Source: Flavipsychrobacter sp.
GTDB lineage: Bacteria > Bacteroidota > Bacteroidia > Chitinophagales > Chitinophagaceae
Direction of reading: 5' to 3'
DNA: 64,000 nt
NCBI GenBank assembly: GCA_035497455.1
Contig: DATJDL010000014.1
Span: 42,700 to 106,699 of the forward strand
The translations under genes and the position numbers were made by a program. The notes beneath the pieces were generated by a model. It was not told the DNA's origin. It did no database searches and saw only the letters and a list, made by a program, of their open reading frames with translations. Position 1 is the stretch's first letter. Every line of letters begins with the position of its first letter. Below, in pieces: positions 29,804 through 39,665 of the stretch.

Positions 29804-29823
29804 TCTTTATTTATTTCCAAATG

Positions 29824-29831
29824 CAAAAGTA
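29824..29831 (-). promoter_or_regulatory. -7 promoter box for the rimP-nusA-infB operon
   Basis: TACTTTTG on the minus strand, 55 nt upstream of ATG 29768 and upstream of the leader hairpin. Confidence 0.55.
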
Positions 29832-29982
29832 AGAAGAATTTGTTTTATAAAACAAAAAAATTGTTTTTGTAGTTGCCAGAGTGCTCAAACAGCAGTAGGT
29901 GTAACTGACATATTCTTATGGCAGCACAGTTTGAAAAAATCTCAATAATGATCTGTTGGTGAAAGGTGCCAACCCGCTTCTG

Positions 29983-29990
29983 TATATTTG
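29983..29990 (+). promoter_or_regulatory. -7 promoter box for the helicase-nuclease gene
   Basis: TATATTTG, 19 nt upstream of ATG 30010. Confidence 0.55.
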
Positions 29991-30009
29991 AAGTACTGCA
30001 CAGAATTAT

Positions 30010-33000
30010 ATGAAAATCCTCAACGACGAACTCTTCCTCAAAAGATACCAACAGCTAAACGAGCAGCAGAAGGAAGCAGTAAATACGATTTATGGTCCGG
30101 TAATGGTGATAGCCGGACCGGGCACAGGTAAAACCGAAGTGCTGGCCATGCGCATCGCCAATTTATTACGAAGCGAAGCGCAGGTAAAACCGCAGGAAAT
30201 TCTTTGCCTCACCTTTACCGATGAAGGGACGGTATCTATGCGGAAGCGCCTGCTTCAGATAATAGGCGAGGCTGCCCACAGGGTGCATATTTTCACTTTT
30301 CATGCATTTTGCAATAGTATCATCCAAAGCAATATGGAGTATTTCGGTGTACGGGACCTGATGCCGATTTCTGACCTGGAACGGATGGATCTGATCTACG
30401 AAATCATTGAAAAGTTGGAACCGGGTCATTTATTGAGACGGTTGAAGGGCGATATTTTTTTTGATGCCCAAAACCTGCTATCACTGTTTGACCTGATGAA
30501 GTCGGAAGACTGGAATTCGGAGCAGGTGGGTAACGCTATCGATTTTTACATAGAAAGTCTTCCCGAAAGGGAAAAATACATCTATAAACGCGCCAATGCA
30601 AAAACCGGAATAAAAGTAGGCGATCTGAAAGAAGCGGATATAAAGAAGGAAACGGAAAAAATGGAGCGGACCCGTGCTGCGGCCATGCTTTATCCCCTGT
30701 ATCAGCAAAGGATGGAAGAAATGGGGCGATATGACTTCAGTGACATGATCCTGTGGGTTTTGAAAGCATTCAAAGAGCGGCCGGATTTTTTGCAATCGCA
30801 GCAGGAACGCTTTCAGTTCCTGCTAGTAGATGAGTTCCAGGATACGAGTGGCGCGCAAAGCGAATTGCTGAACATGCTCGCTGACTATTGGGAAGATCCG
30901 AATTTATTTATTGTAGGGGATGATGATCAGTCCATTTTCGAGTTTCAGGGCGCGCGGCTGAAGAATATTAAAGAGGTGTATGAACGTTACAGGAATACCA
31001 TCAAGGTGATCGTACTGAAAGAGAACTATCGTTCCTCTCAACTGATCCTGGATAAATCAATGGCTTCCATCCGGCAAAACCGACAGCGCCTTATTAATCA
31101 GTTGCAAGAACTGGAACTGGATAAAAATATTATTGCTGCCAATCAACGTTTTAAAGCCGAAATATCACCGGCACCCTCAGTAAGTATTTATTATAATCAA
31201 CTCCACGAAGATGCAGAGATCGTAAATGCCATTGAACGCCTGCATGCTGATGGTGTTGCTTTGAACAACGTAGCCGTACTCTATGCCCAGCACAAACAGG
31301 CAGCTTCTATCATTGATTCCCTTGAAAGAAGAAAGCTTCCCTATTGGGTAAAGCGACCTGTAAATATATTAGACCTGCCACTGGTGCAACAATTGCTGAA
31401 CGTATTCCGCTATTTACAGGCCGAACAAACAAAACCTATGAGCGGCGAAGAGTGGATCTTCCTATTGCTCCACAGTCCGTTCTTTAATTTGACAGCTATA
31501 GATGTAGCCACACTTAGTCTATATATCCAAACTAAAACTGCCAAACATAAACGCTGGCGGTACCTGTTGCAGGACGATCTCCTGTTGGAAACCTTAGACC
31601 TGCAAAATGCAGGCTCGCTTCGTAAACTCGGTCATAACCTCGAGCGCTGGATCACGGAATTACAAACCCTGACCTTGCCCATGGTCTTACAAAAGATACT
31701 GTATGACGGCGGTGTAGTGGCTCATGTGATGAAGCAGGAAGGACAGATCTGGGATATGCAGGTATTACATACCTTTTTTGAATTTATCAAAGATGAATGC
31801 GATAAAAAACCACGGATGAGCGTACGGGAGCTTCTGACAATCATAGGACGAATGGATGATGAGGGTATCAGCCTTCCGATTCAGAAGACAGTGCAACAGG
31901 AAAATGGTGTCCGGTTCTACACAGCTTTCAGCGCAAAAGGTCATGAATTTGAGCATGTATTTATAGTGGGTGTAACCAAAAATTTCTGGGAAGGGAAACG
32001 AGGCGGTAACGGGGGATTTTCATTGCCTGAAACGCTCACCACACTCGCAAAGCAGGAAGAAGATATCAATAATACGGAAGAAGTGGCCCGACGGCTTTTT
32101 TATGTGGGAATGACCCGTGCAAAAAAACACTTACACATCTCGTATGCACAGAAAGATAATAAGGAAAAGGCACTGGAGCCGTCTATGTTTATAGATGAAA
32201 TCAGTGAAGCAGAAGATAGAACAGACAAAGGAGCGAGTAATGAAGAAGTGATGACCCATATGGCCACACTGCTGATGCCGGAACCTCCCGTGCAGATCAC
32301 ACTGGTAAAGAAGGAACTGCTGGAACGCCGGTTAGAGAATTTTGTTCTTAGTGTTTCTGCTATGAACAAATACCTGAATTGTCCCCTGGCATTTTACTAT
32401 GAATATATCCTTCGTGTGCCGGAAGCTAAATCTGATGCTTTGTCGTTCGGTATAGCCATCCACTTTGCCCTGGAACAACTGTTCAAGAAAATGAACATTG
32501 AAGAAAACAAGAATTTCCATAGCAAAGAAGACCTCATTAAAGACTTCCGCTATGCTATGAAACGGGAAGAAGGCTCGTTTACTTTATTGCAATTTGAGCG
32601 CCGGCTGGAAATGGGGAGCGAACTTCTCAGCGATTACTACGAAAAATACATCGCTACATTCAATAAGATTGTTTTAACAGAGTACAATGTCAATCAGGTG
32701 ACTATAAACGGCGTACCTGCTAAGGGGAAACTGGATAAGATAGAATTTACAGGAAAAGAATGCGTGGTGATAGATTACAAAACGGGAAGCCCGGACAGAG
32801 CTTCACGCAAGGAGTTACTGGGCCCGAGTGAAGACCATCCGATGGGTGGCGACTATTGGCGGCAAATGGTTTTTTACAGGCTGTTACTGAACAATTTCCC
32901 TCCGGCTTTTGACTGGAAAATGACTGCCGGTATATTTGATTTTATTGAAAAGAACAAGGCGGGCGAATATGTACGGTTTACCATACCTATCCAGGAGCAC

Positions 33001-33153
33001 GATCTCACTATTGTAAAACAACAGGTGAAGGACGTATACGGCAAGATCATGAATCATGAATTTAACACAGGCTGTAATAATGAGAACTGTCGCTGGTGCA
33101 ATTTTGCAAAAACATATCAGCTTAATGCTCCAGGCATAGAAGATGAAGAATAG
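30010..33153 (+). CDS. UvrD/PcrA-type SF1 helicase fused to a C-terminal PD-(D/E)XK (Cas4/AddB-like) Fe-S nuclease
   Basis: Walker A AGPGTGKT (30112-30135), Walker B LLVDEFQDTS, helicase motif VGMTRAK. Nuclease motifs are LDKIEF, VVIDYKTG and QMVFYRL. Cysteines are C791 and C1022-X4-C1027-X2-C1030 (tgt at 32380, tgt at 33073). Confidence 0.88.
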   Translation: MKILNDELFLKRYQQLNEQQKEAVNTIYGPVMVIAGPGTGKTEVLAMRIANLLRSEAQVKPQEILCLTFTDEGTVSMRKRLLQIIGEAAHRVHIFTFHAFCNSIIQSNMEYFGVRDLMPISDLERMDLIYEIIEKLEPGHLLRRLKGDIFFDAQNLLSLFDLMKSEDWNSEQVGNAIDFYIESLPEREKYIYKRANAKTGIKVGDLKEADIKKETEKMERTRAAAMLYPLYQQRMEEMGRYDFSDMILWVLKAFKERPDFLQSQQERFQFLLVDEFQDTSGAQSELLNMLADYWEDPNLFIVGDDDQSIFEFQGARLKNIKEVYERYRNTIKVIVLKENYRSSQLILDKSMASIRQNRQRLINQLQELELDKNIIAANQRFKAEISPAPSVSIYYNQLHEDAEIVNAIERLHADGVALNNVAVLYAQHKQAASIIDSLERRKLPYWVKRPVNILDLPLVQQLLNVFRYLQAEQTKPMSGEEWIFLLLHSPFFNLTAIDVATLSLYIQTKTAKHKRWRYLLQDDLLLETLDLQNAGSLRKLGHNLERWITELQTLTLPMVLQKILYDGGVVAHVMKQEGQIWDMQVLHTFFEFIKDECDKKPRMSVRELLTIIGRMDDEGISLPIQKTVQQENGVRFYTAFSAKGHEFEHVFIVGVTKNFWEGKRGGNGGFSLPETLTTLAKQEEDINNTEEVARRLFYVGMTRAKKHLHISYAQKDNKEKALEPSMFIDEISEAEDRTDKGASNEEVMTHMATLLMPEPPVQITLVKKELLERRLENFVLSVSAMNKYLNCPLAFYYEYILRVPEAKSDALSFGIAIHFALEQLFKKMNIEENKNFHSKEDLIKDFRYAMKREEGSFTLLQFERRLEMGSELLSDYYEKYIATFNKIVLTEYNVNQVTINGVPAKGKLDKIEFTGKECVVIDYKTGSPDRASRKELLGPSEDHPMGGDYWRQMVFYRLLLNNFPPAFDWKMTAGIFDFIEKNKAGEYVRFTIPIQEHDLTIVKQQVKDVYGKIMNHEFNTGCNNENCRWCNFAKTYQLNAPGIEDEE

Positions 33154-33168
33154 ATAACACCGTCTATC

Positions 33169-33816
33169 ATGGCTTTGAAGAACCATTATCAAACATTACG
33201 ATTACCTTCCAATGCATCACAGGAAGAAATAAAAAAAGCATTTCGAAAACTTGCCCACCAGTTTCATCCGGACAAAAATGATCATACTTCCAGCCATGTG
33301 ATTTTTCAGGAAATCCAGGCAGCTTACGCCGTTCTTTCGGACGAGAAAAAGAAAAAACAGTATGACGAGGAACGCTACTTTTCGGGGTTGAGTACCAGAA
33401 AACAGCCAGGTGTTATTTCTGCCGAATGGATATTGAAATTAGCAAGGGAACTTCAAAAACATATGATTCACGTTCACAGCCAGGATCTGAATCATCATGC
33501 GCTTTACCAATATGTCATGCTTATACTGTCGGATGCGCATTTGGCTTACCTGCAGCAAGAACATGATGAACAGAAAAATGAACGGATTGTTGACGCTGTT
33601 TTACAGGCAGTAAGAAAAATTGATTTTGAGCTTTACCTGAAGATATTTAAACAAATAACCTTCATAGATCCGCTTAGCGTTACTTACAGAGAAAAGCTAC
33701 AAGGGGAGTTACAGGCTAAAAAGAAACAGTTTGAATCCGGGAAAAGGCTTCCATGGCTTGTTTTTACTATTGTAGTGATAATCTGCCTTATCATGTACCT
33801 ATATGGCAAACGCTGA
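33169..33816 (+). CDS. J-domain (DnaJ-like) protein with C-terminal transmembrane anchor
   Basis: HYQTLRLPSNASQEEIKKAFRKLAHQFHPDKN contains the HPD motif. C-terminal helix LPWLVFTIVVIICLIMYLYG. Starts 15 nt after the helicase stop. Confidence 0.8.
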   Translation: MALKNHYQTLRLPSNASQEEIKKAFRKLAHQFHPDKNDHTSSHVIFQEIQAAYAVLSDEKKKKQYDEERYFSGLSTRKQPGVISAEWILKLARELQKHMIHVHSQDLNHHALYQYVMLILSDAHLAYLQQEHDEQKNERIVDAVLQAVRKIDFELYLKIFKQITFIDPLSVTYREKLQGELQAKKKQFESGKRLPWLVFTIVVIICLIMYLYGKR

Positions 33817-33885
33817 TGCACTGCACTGAGCTATACATAACAGCCCAATGCGGCAGGTGGTTGAACGCATGCGAACAAACATCCT

Positions 33886-36354
33886 CTATTTTGTAATCGA
33901 ATAAATAAGCGTTCCCAAAGTAGCAATAGCGGTGGTAATGGCTACCACTTCCGTAACCGATATTTTACTTCTGTTCTCCGGCTTCAGCGGAACAAATATT
34001 TCTGCCCCGGGTTTTACCTTTGGATAATTCCTGAAGAATAAAAAGCTTTTTGTTCCCTCTACCGAGCCATTTGCATATGTAATATAAGCTCGCTTTTTAA
34101 AGGCTCTTCCGGAAAAACCTCCACTCCCCAGTATATATTTTTTGAAACTGTAAGAAGACCGGTACACCACGGCAGACGGAGATAATACTTCCCCGCTTAC
34201 CTTTACCGTTTGCAACTGCTTAGGTACACTGATAACATCACCGTTCTCCAGAAGCAGATCATAGCTTTTACGCGGATGACTCATGATTTTCGAAAGATCA
34301 ATGCCCACAAAGTTATTTCTTGCAACATTGCTTCGGATATCAGTCGTTTTGCCTTCACTCGTATCTGCTGACTTCTTTTGCAGATCTTCAAATTTCTGAA
34401 GTTTTAATTCTTCCTGCTCCTGTTCCAGTTGTGTTTTATCAGCTCTCTGTCTTTTGAGGGAAGCACCGTCCTTATAAGCGCTGGAGGTCAACCCGCCTGC
34501 GCGTTTAATCACATCAGAAATACGTTCATTTTTGTTAGAAATCGTGTAAGTACCCGGAAACAATACCTCTCCTTCTACTATGACGGTTCTTTGTATCTCA
34601 TACCCCGGTGCTGGATATACCGATATGATATCAAAAGGCTTCAATGTAAAATTGCTTACTTCTTTCAGGCTTCTGTCAATATTAACGGTAAACAGTTGTG
34701 CCATACCCGATGTATCCGACATGGGGTTTGCCGTTTTAATGCGCCGGGCAATTTCTATACGCTTGGAAGTGGCACTTTCCTTTAATCCGCCAGACATGAT
34801 AATCGCATCTTCCAGTGACATGCCGTCTCCGAATTTCATGGTACCGGGGGTACGGACTTCACCGGCTACGGTTATAGTATACTCATCTTTCAGATCAAAG
34901 ATAGAAGGGATCGTGATAATATCTTCTCTTTTCAATACAATATCGGGAGTGCGATCGGTTAGAATGTCTGCTGTGCTGAAAGAAAGGATTTCCCGGGTGA
35001 GATCATCTTTTAAACGGGTGATATACCCCCTGTTTCCAAATGCATCTTCTTTTAGTCCATCTGCTTTTAGTATTAGCTGCTTCAGCGTAAGTCCGTTGTT
35101 CAACTCAAACTCACCGGGACGGAAAACAGCACCATTGATGATCACCCGGTTTTTATACCGTTCCAATATCTTCTCCACGAAGTATTTATCACCGGTTGCA
35201 GGGATATATGTTTCGAATTGTTCTGCGGTGATATCCTGGATTTCATGTTCCGTATCTGTATTCTTGATGACTTTCATCCGTGCCTTGTAGGCACTTTCCG
35301 TGAAATCGCCGGCAAAACGTATCAGATCCCCCAGCGTTTCATTAAATTTCATTTCGAATATGGCCGGACGTTTCACTTCTCCGTTTACTTCCACCCGGGT
35401 TTTATAGGGAGGAACCCGAATCACGTCCTGATCCTGTAACCGGACATTATTTTTTAACGCGCCATATAACAGGAAATCATAGACATCCAGGATAGCAATG
35501 ATCTCACCACCTCTTATAATCTGCACCTGGCGAAAAGAACCATTTTCATTAGGTCCGCCAGACGCGTATAATGCATTGAACATATTGGCTACGGAAGGTA
35601 AAGTGTAGGTACCGGGTTTTACAATCTCTCCCGTCAATACTACTTTTATACTCCGGATGTTGCCCAGCGTAATCCCCACTTTTGTATTGCCATTTCTGAT
35701 ACCGGGATACACGGTAGCAAGTCTTGCTTTGATTCGCGAAACGGCTTGCTCCATGGTAGCTCCGCTTACCGATACCAAACCTATCAGCGGTATGTTGATA
35801 GTGCCGTCGGGAGAAACCCTGAGCGTATAATTTGCTTCTGAATAACCATAGATGTCAACTAAAATTTCGTCATCCGGACCTATTTGATAGTCCACAGGGG
35901 TTGCTATTCGCAGGTTCGGCTCAAAAGTAGGATTGTTGTTGGCGAAGAGTTCCGCACCGAATATCCGGGAACGTTTGACGGCCAAAGAATCAGGTGCGTC
36001 ACTTACCTCATCATTTCCTTCCCTTTGCCCGTTTACAGTTCTTGTACCGTCTTGTTTTTTAGAAGAAGTACCTTTTGAAGAGGAAAAGGCTTGTTTTTTG
36101 ATCTGTTCCACCCTCGAACGCAACTTTATCACTTCTGTCGTGGGCATTCCTTTAGCAAGTGCCATTTGCTCCAGTTGTGCATCACCCAGGCCAGAAGCTT
36201 CCGCCTGCTTTACGATATCGCGGATCTGCGCATCTGAAAGTTCATCGACTTTCACTGATGAAAAATCTTCCTGGTCAGGCGTTTGAGCGTGTGCAGGAGC
36301 TATTGCCAGGCACAGCAAGATTATTGCAACTAATCCAAAAATTCTTTGAAACAT
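33886..36354 (-). CDS. Polysaccharide export outer-membrane protein (Wza-like, multiple SLBB domains)
   Basis: 822 aa; signal peptide; Poly_export-like YQIGPDDEILVDIYG followed by repeated SLBB-type units (VxVxGEVxxPG recurs at least 5 times). Confidence 0.85.
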   Translation of the reverse strand: MFQRIFGLVAIILLCLAIAPAHAQTPDQEDFSSVKVDELSDAQIRDIVKQAEASGLGDAQLEQMALAKGMPTTEVIKLRSRVEQIKKQAFSSSKGTSSKKQDGTRTVNGQREGNDEVSDAPDSLAVKRSRIFGAELFANNNPTFEPNLRIATPVDYQIGPDDEILVDIYGYSEANYTLRVSPDGTINIPLIGLVSVSGATMEQAVSRIKARLATVYPGIRNGNTKVGITLGNIRSIKVVLTGEIVKPGTYTLPSVANMFNALYASGGPNENGSFRQVQIIRGGEIIAILDVYDFLLYGALKNNVRLQDQDVIRVPPYKTRVEVNGEVKRPAIFEMKFNETLGDLIRFAGDFTESAYKARMKVIKNTDTEHEIQDITAEQFETYIPATGDKYFVEKILERYKNRVIINGAVFRPGEFELNNGLTLKQLILKADGLKEDAFGNRGYITRLKDDLTREILSFSTADILTDRTPDIVLKREDIITIPSIFDLKDEYTITVAGEVRTPGTMKFGDGMSLEDAIIMSGGLKESATSKRIEIARRIKTANPMSDTSGMAQLFTVNIDRSLKEVSNFTLKPFDIISVYPAPGYEIQRTVIVEGEVLFPGTYTISNKNERISDVIKRAGGLTSSAYKDGASLKRQRADKTQLEQEQEELKLQKFEDLQKKSADTSEGKTTDIRSNVARNNFVGIDLSKIMSHPRKSYDLLLENGDVISVPKQLQTVKVSGEVLSPSAVVYRSSYSFKKYILGSGGFSGRAFKKRAYITYANGSVEGTKSFLFFRNYPKVKPGAEIFVPLKPENRSKISVTEVVAITTAIATLGTLIYSITK

Positions 36355-36400
36355 CTATTATAAATGATATAAGATATTATATGAAAAAACTGTTAGCCCG

Positions 36401-36408
36401 CAAATTTA
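36401..36408 (-). promoter_or_regulatory. -7 promoter box for the Wza-like exporter gene
   Basis: TAAATTTG on the minus strand, 46 nt upstream of ATG 36354. Confidence 0.45.
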
Positions 36409-36545
36409 AACGTTTTAAGCAGCAATGCGCTGTTAGTGTCAGGAATAATGCCTTGAAAGATCTTTATGGATAACTTGACTGACTCCAACCAACTTAACAG
36501 ATACAGGTGGTGGAGAGTATGTACCTGAAAATTTTACATGCCTGG

Positions 36546-37175
36546 TTATTCTTTGACTTGCTTCTTAAATTCATCATTCAGCTCCTCAATAAAACCTAAT
36601 ATCTCTTTTCTGCCGGTGAACTTTACGGCGCTGGTGATGAAACTTCTTGGTATGAATTCCCATTCTTTTCGCATGGCATCTATAAACAGCCGAGAATTTT
36701 TCGAGGCTTCGCGCTGGCTACTTTTGTCAGCTTTAGTAAAGATGATATTAAAGGGAACCTGCCATTCACCAAGGTTTCTGAGAAATTCCAGGTCCGCATT
36801 CTGTGGTTCGTGACGACTGTCTATAAGGACAAAAACAGTTACCAGGTTTTCGCGCTCCGTCAAATAGCTCTGTATCATCTTCTGCCATTTCGCCCGCTGT
36901 AGCTGAGATACCTTGGCGTAACCGTACCCGGGTAAGTCCACAAAGTAAAATTCTTTATAGGCTTCATCCGCTATAGTGAAATGATTGATCATCTGCGTCT
37001 TACCTGGACTGGCAGATGTTTTGGCAAGTCCGCTCTGGCTGGTAAGCATGTTGATGAGTGAAGATTTACCTACATTACTCCTGCCAATAAAAGCATACTC
37101 GGGCTTGTCGGGTTTGGGACAATTTGCGACGGTGGGGCTGGAGATTAAATATTTTGCAGATCGGATGTCCATCAT
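36546..37175 (-). CDS. engB: Ribosome biogenesis GTP-binding protein YihA/YsxC
   Basis: PEYAFIGRSNVGKSSLINML G1 motif, VDLPGYGYAKV, TKADK. Confidence 0.93.
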   Translation of the reverse strand: MMDIRSAKYLISSPTVANCPKPDKPEYAFIGRSNVGKSSLINMLTSQSGLAKTSASPGKTQMINHFTIADEAYKEFYFVDLPGYGYAKVSQLQRAKWQKMIQSYLTERENLVTVFVLIDSRHEPQNADLEFLRNLGEWQVPFNIIFTKADKSSQREASKNSRLFIDAMRKEWEFIPRSFITSAVKFTGRKEILGFIEELNDEFKKQVKE

Positions 37176-37185
37176 GTGTTTAGAC

Positions 37186-37193
37186 TATTTTTG
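37186..37193 (+). promoter_or_regulatory. -7 promoter box for ubiE (leaderless spacing)
   Basis: TATTTTTG, 5 nt upstream of ATG 37199, within the 23-nt engB/ubiE gap. Confidence 0.45.
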
Positions 37194-37198
37194 CATCA

Positions 37199-37951
37199 AT
37201 GGCAATGAACGATTCCACTAATCCTGCTACACAAGTATTACCGGATGCAGGCTCAAATTTAACTAAGAAAGCCCAAGTAGCCGATATGTTTGACAGTATA
37301 GCGGGCAAATATGATTTTCTCAATCATTTTTTATCGATGGGTATCGATAAGGGCTGGAGAAAAAAAGCTATTAAGGAGATTGCCGCGATCCAACCTCAAA
37401 CGATCCTGGATGTTGCTACCGGCACCGGTGACCTCGCGGTAGCTGCAAGCAAATTAAATCCTGAAAAGATCATTGGCATTGATATATCGGAAGGGATGCT
37501 GGAAGTAGGGAAAAAGAAAATCGCAGCCCTGCATTTGGATCATATCATCCAGTTGCAAAAAGGGGATAGCGAAGCGTTGGCATTCGGCGATAACAGCTTC
37601 GATGCCATTACCTGTGCTTACGGTGTTCGCAATTTCGAGAACCTTACCGCAGGATTAACGGAAATGAAACGAGTGATGAAACCCGGGGGTAAGATGGCGA
37701 TACTGGAGTTTTCACATCCTAAAAACTTCCCGGTAAAGCAGCTGTATCAATTTTATTTCAGGTTCATACTACCTACGCTTGGAAAAATGGTATCTAAACA
37801 CCAAAGTGCTTACACGTATTTGCCGGAGTCTGTGATGGCCTTCCCTGAAGGAAAGAAGTTTTGCGAAATATTAAATGAATGTGGCTTTAAAAATGCGAAA
37901 GCCAGACCGCTGACACTGGGAATTACGACACTGTATACGGCCAGCAAGTAG
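37199..37951 (+). CDS. ubiE: Demethylmenaquinone/ubiquinone methyltransferase
   Basis: MFDSIAGKYDFLNHFLSMGIDKGWRK plus SAM motif ILDVATGTGDLA, the UbiE/MenG pattern. Confidence 0.92.
   Translation: MAMNDSTNPATQVLPDAGSNLTKKAQVADMFDSIAGKYDFLNHFLSMGIDKGWRKKAIKEIAAIQPQTILDVATGTGDLAVAASKLNPEKIIGIDISEGMLEVGKKKIAALHLDHIIQLQKGDSEALAFGDNSFDAITCAYGVRNFENLTAGLTEMKRVMKPGGKMAILEFSHPKNFPVKQLYQFYFRFILPTLGKMVSKHQSAYTYLPESVMAFPEGKKFCEILNECGFKNAKARPLTLGITTLYTASK
37254..37261 (-). promoter_or_regulatory. Candidate -7 promoter box for engB, located inside the ubiE coding region
   Basis: TAAATTTG on the minus strand, 78 nt upstream of engB ATG 37175. No exact box fits in the 23-nt intergenic gap on this strand. 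Confidence 0.35.
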
Positions 37952-38161
37952 GCGCCATAACTACCGCTGTTACTTTTTCTATGGGATGGCAAACGGGGGA
38001 AAACAAAGTTCTTAACAGCTTTATATACTTGGCAGTTCTATCGAACAAAAATGCTGAAATATGCCTCCCTCCGGGGTAACTGTATTGTCCTATGTTTTAA
38101 ATCCAAGAACATCGAATTTCCAAGAAAAAATCATACTGTATAAAAAACTAAACCTCGTTAC

Positions 38162-39661
38162 ATGTCTACCCAATACGATCAATATAAAAATATTACCCAA
38201 AAAGCAGCGGACTTTAATAATGCAGCAGCCGTACTGGGTTGGGATCAGGAAGTGTATATGCCTGAAAAAGGATTTGCATTTCGTGGCAGGCAGCTTGCTA
38301 CGCTGGCCTCCCAGGCACATGAGCTGATCACATCAGCGGCTTACGGAAATCTCTTGCAAGAACTTGTGGAAGATGGAAGCCTCACTAACGAACAGCAACG
38401 TAATGTGCATCTCAGTTTAGAAGATTTTGAAAAGAGCAGGAAACTGAGTACCGCTTTTGTAGAGCAATTGACCACCCAATCATCAGCGTCATTCAGTGCC
38501 TGGATCGATGCCCGCAATAAAAATGATTATGCGTTGTATGCACCGGAGCTGGAAAAGATGATAGCGTTGAAAAAACAACAGGCAGAACTCTACGGCTATG
38601 AAAAGCATCCTTATGATGCCTTATTGGACGATTATGAAAAAGGGGCAACAGTGTCCATGCTGGATCCGATCTTCAAGAACGTTCAGGAACAACTACAGCC
38701 TGTTCTTAACACCATTAAAAATGCAGCACAGGTAAACGACGGTTTTTTCTTTCAAAATTTTGAGAAGCAAAAACAATTTGATTTTTCGATGGCTGTGCTT
38801 CGCAAAATGGGTTATGATCTCTCAGCGGGCAGACAAGATCTTTCAGAACATCCGTTCACTACTTCTTTCGCGGCTACAGATGTACGGATCACGACAAGAG
38901 TTCATGAACACGATTACAGTTCATTGCTTTGGAGCACGATACATGAAGGCGGGCATGCCCTGTATGAGCAAGGCTTGCCGGAAGCAGCGTATGGATTACC
39001 ATTAGGTTCAGCCGCATCGTTGTCAATCCATGAATCCCAATCCAGGCTTTGGGAGAACTGTGTGGGCAGAAGCTTTGAATTCTGGAATTATTTTTACCCA
39101 AAATTAGTAGCGCAATTTCCTGAGCAATTAAAGAGTATACAGCTTGAAGACTTTTATAAGGGGATGAATAAAGTACAGCCGTCCCTTATCCGTACCGAAG
39201 CGGATGAACTGACATATCATTTCCACGTAATGATTCGTTATGAGATAGAGAAAGGGCTTTTCAGCAATGAGATAAAGGCAAAAGATCTCACCGGTGTATG
39301 GAATGAATACTATCAAAAATACCTGGGCATATCGGCGGATAATGATAAGGAAGGGGTATTGCAGGACGTCCATTGGAGCCATGGCAGCTTCGGTTATTTT
39401 CCTACGTATTCGTTAGGGAGTTTTTATGCAGCACAGTTTTTTTCAGCAGCCAAAAAAGAACTCGGCAACATGAGTGAGCAAATTAGCTCCGGTAATTTTG
39501 AGAAGCTGCGTCAATGGCTCCGCGTAAATATTCATCAATATGGCCGATCCTTTCGCAGTGAAGAGCTGTGTACACGTATTACCGGAAATACGTTGGATTT
39601 TAGTGCATTTTTGGATTACGCGAAAGAAAAATATTCTAAAGTTTATGACGTTATGATATAA
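38162..39661 (+). CDS. Carboxypeptidase M32 (Taq-type)
   Basis: HEGGHALYEQG zinc site, HESQSRLWEN, IRTEADELTYHFH, DVHWSHGSFGYFPTY. Confidence 0.92.
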   Translation: MSTQYDQYKNITQKAADFNNAAAVLGWDQEVYMPEKGFAFRGRQLATLASQAHELITSAAYGNLLQELVEDGSLTNEQQRNVHLSLEDFEKSRKLSTAFVEQLTTQSSASFSAWIDARNKNDYALYAPELEKMIALKKQQAELYGYEKHPYDALLDDYEKGATVSMLDPIFKNVQEQLQPVLNTIKNAAQVNDGFFFQNFEKQKQFDFSMAVLRKMGYDLSAGRQDLSEHPFTTSFAATDVRITTRVHEHDYSSLLWSTIHEGGHALYEQGLPEAAYGLPLGSAASLSIHESQSRLWENCVGRSFEFWNYFYPKLVAQFPEQLKSIQLEDFYKGMNKVQPSLIRTEADELTYHFHVMIRYEIEKGLFSNEIKAKDLTGVWNEYYQKYLGISADNDKEGVLQDVHWSHGSFGYFPTYSLGSFYAAQFFSAAKKELGNMSEQISSGNFEKLRQWLRVNIHQYGRSFRSEELCTRITGNTLDFSAFLDYAKEKYSKVYDVMI

Positions 39662-39665
39662 GCCT

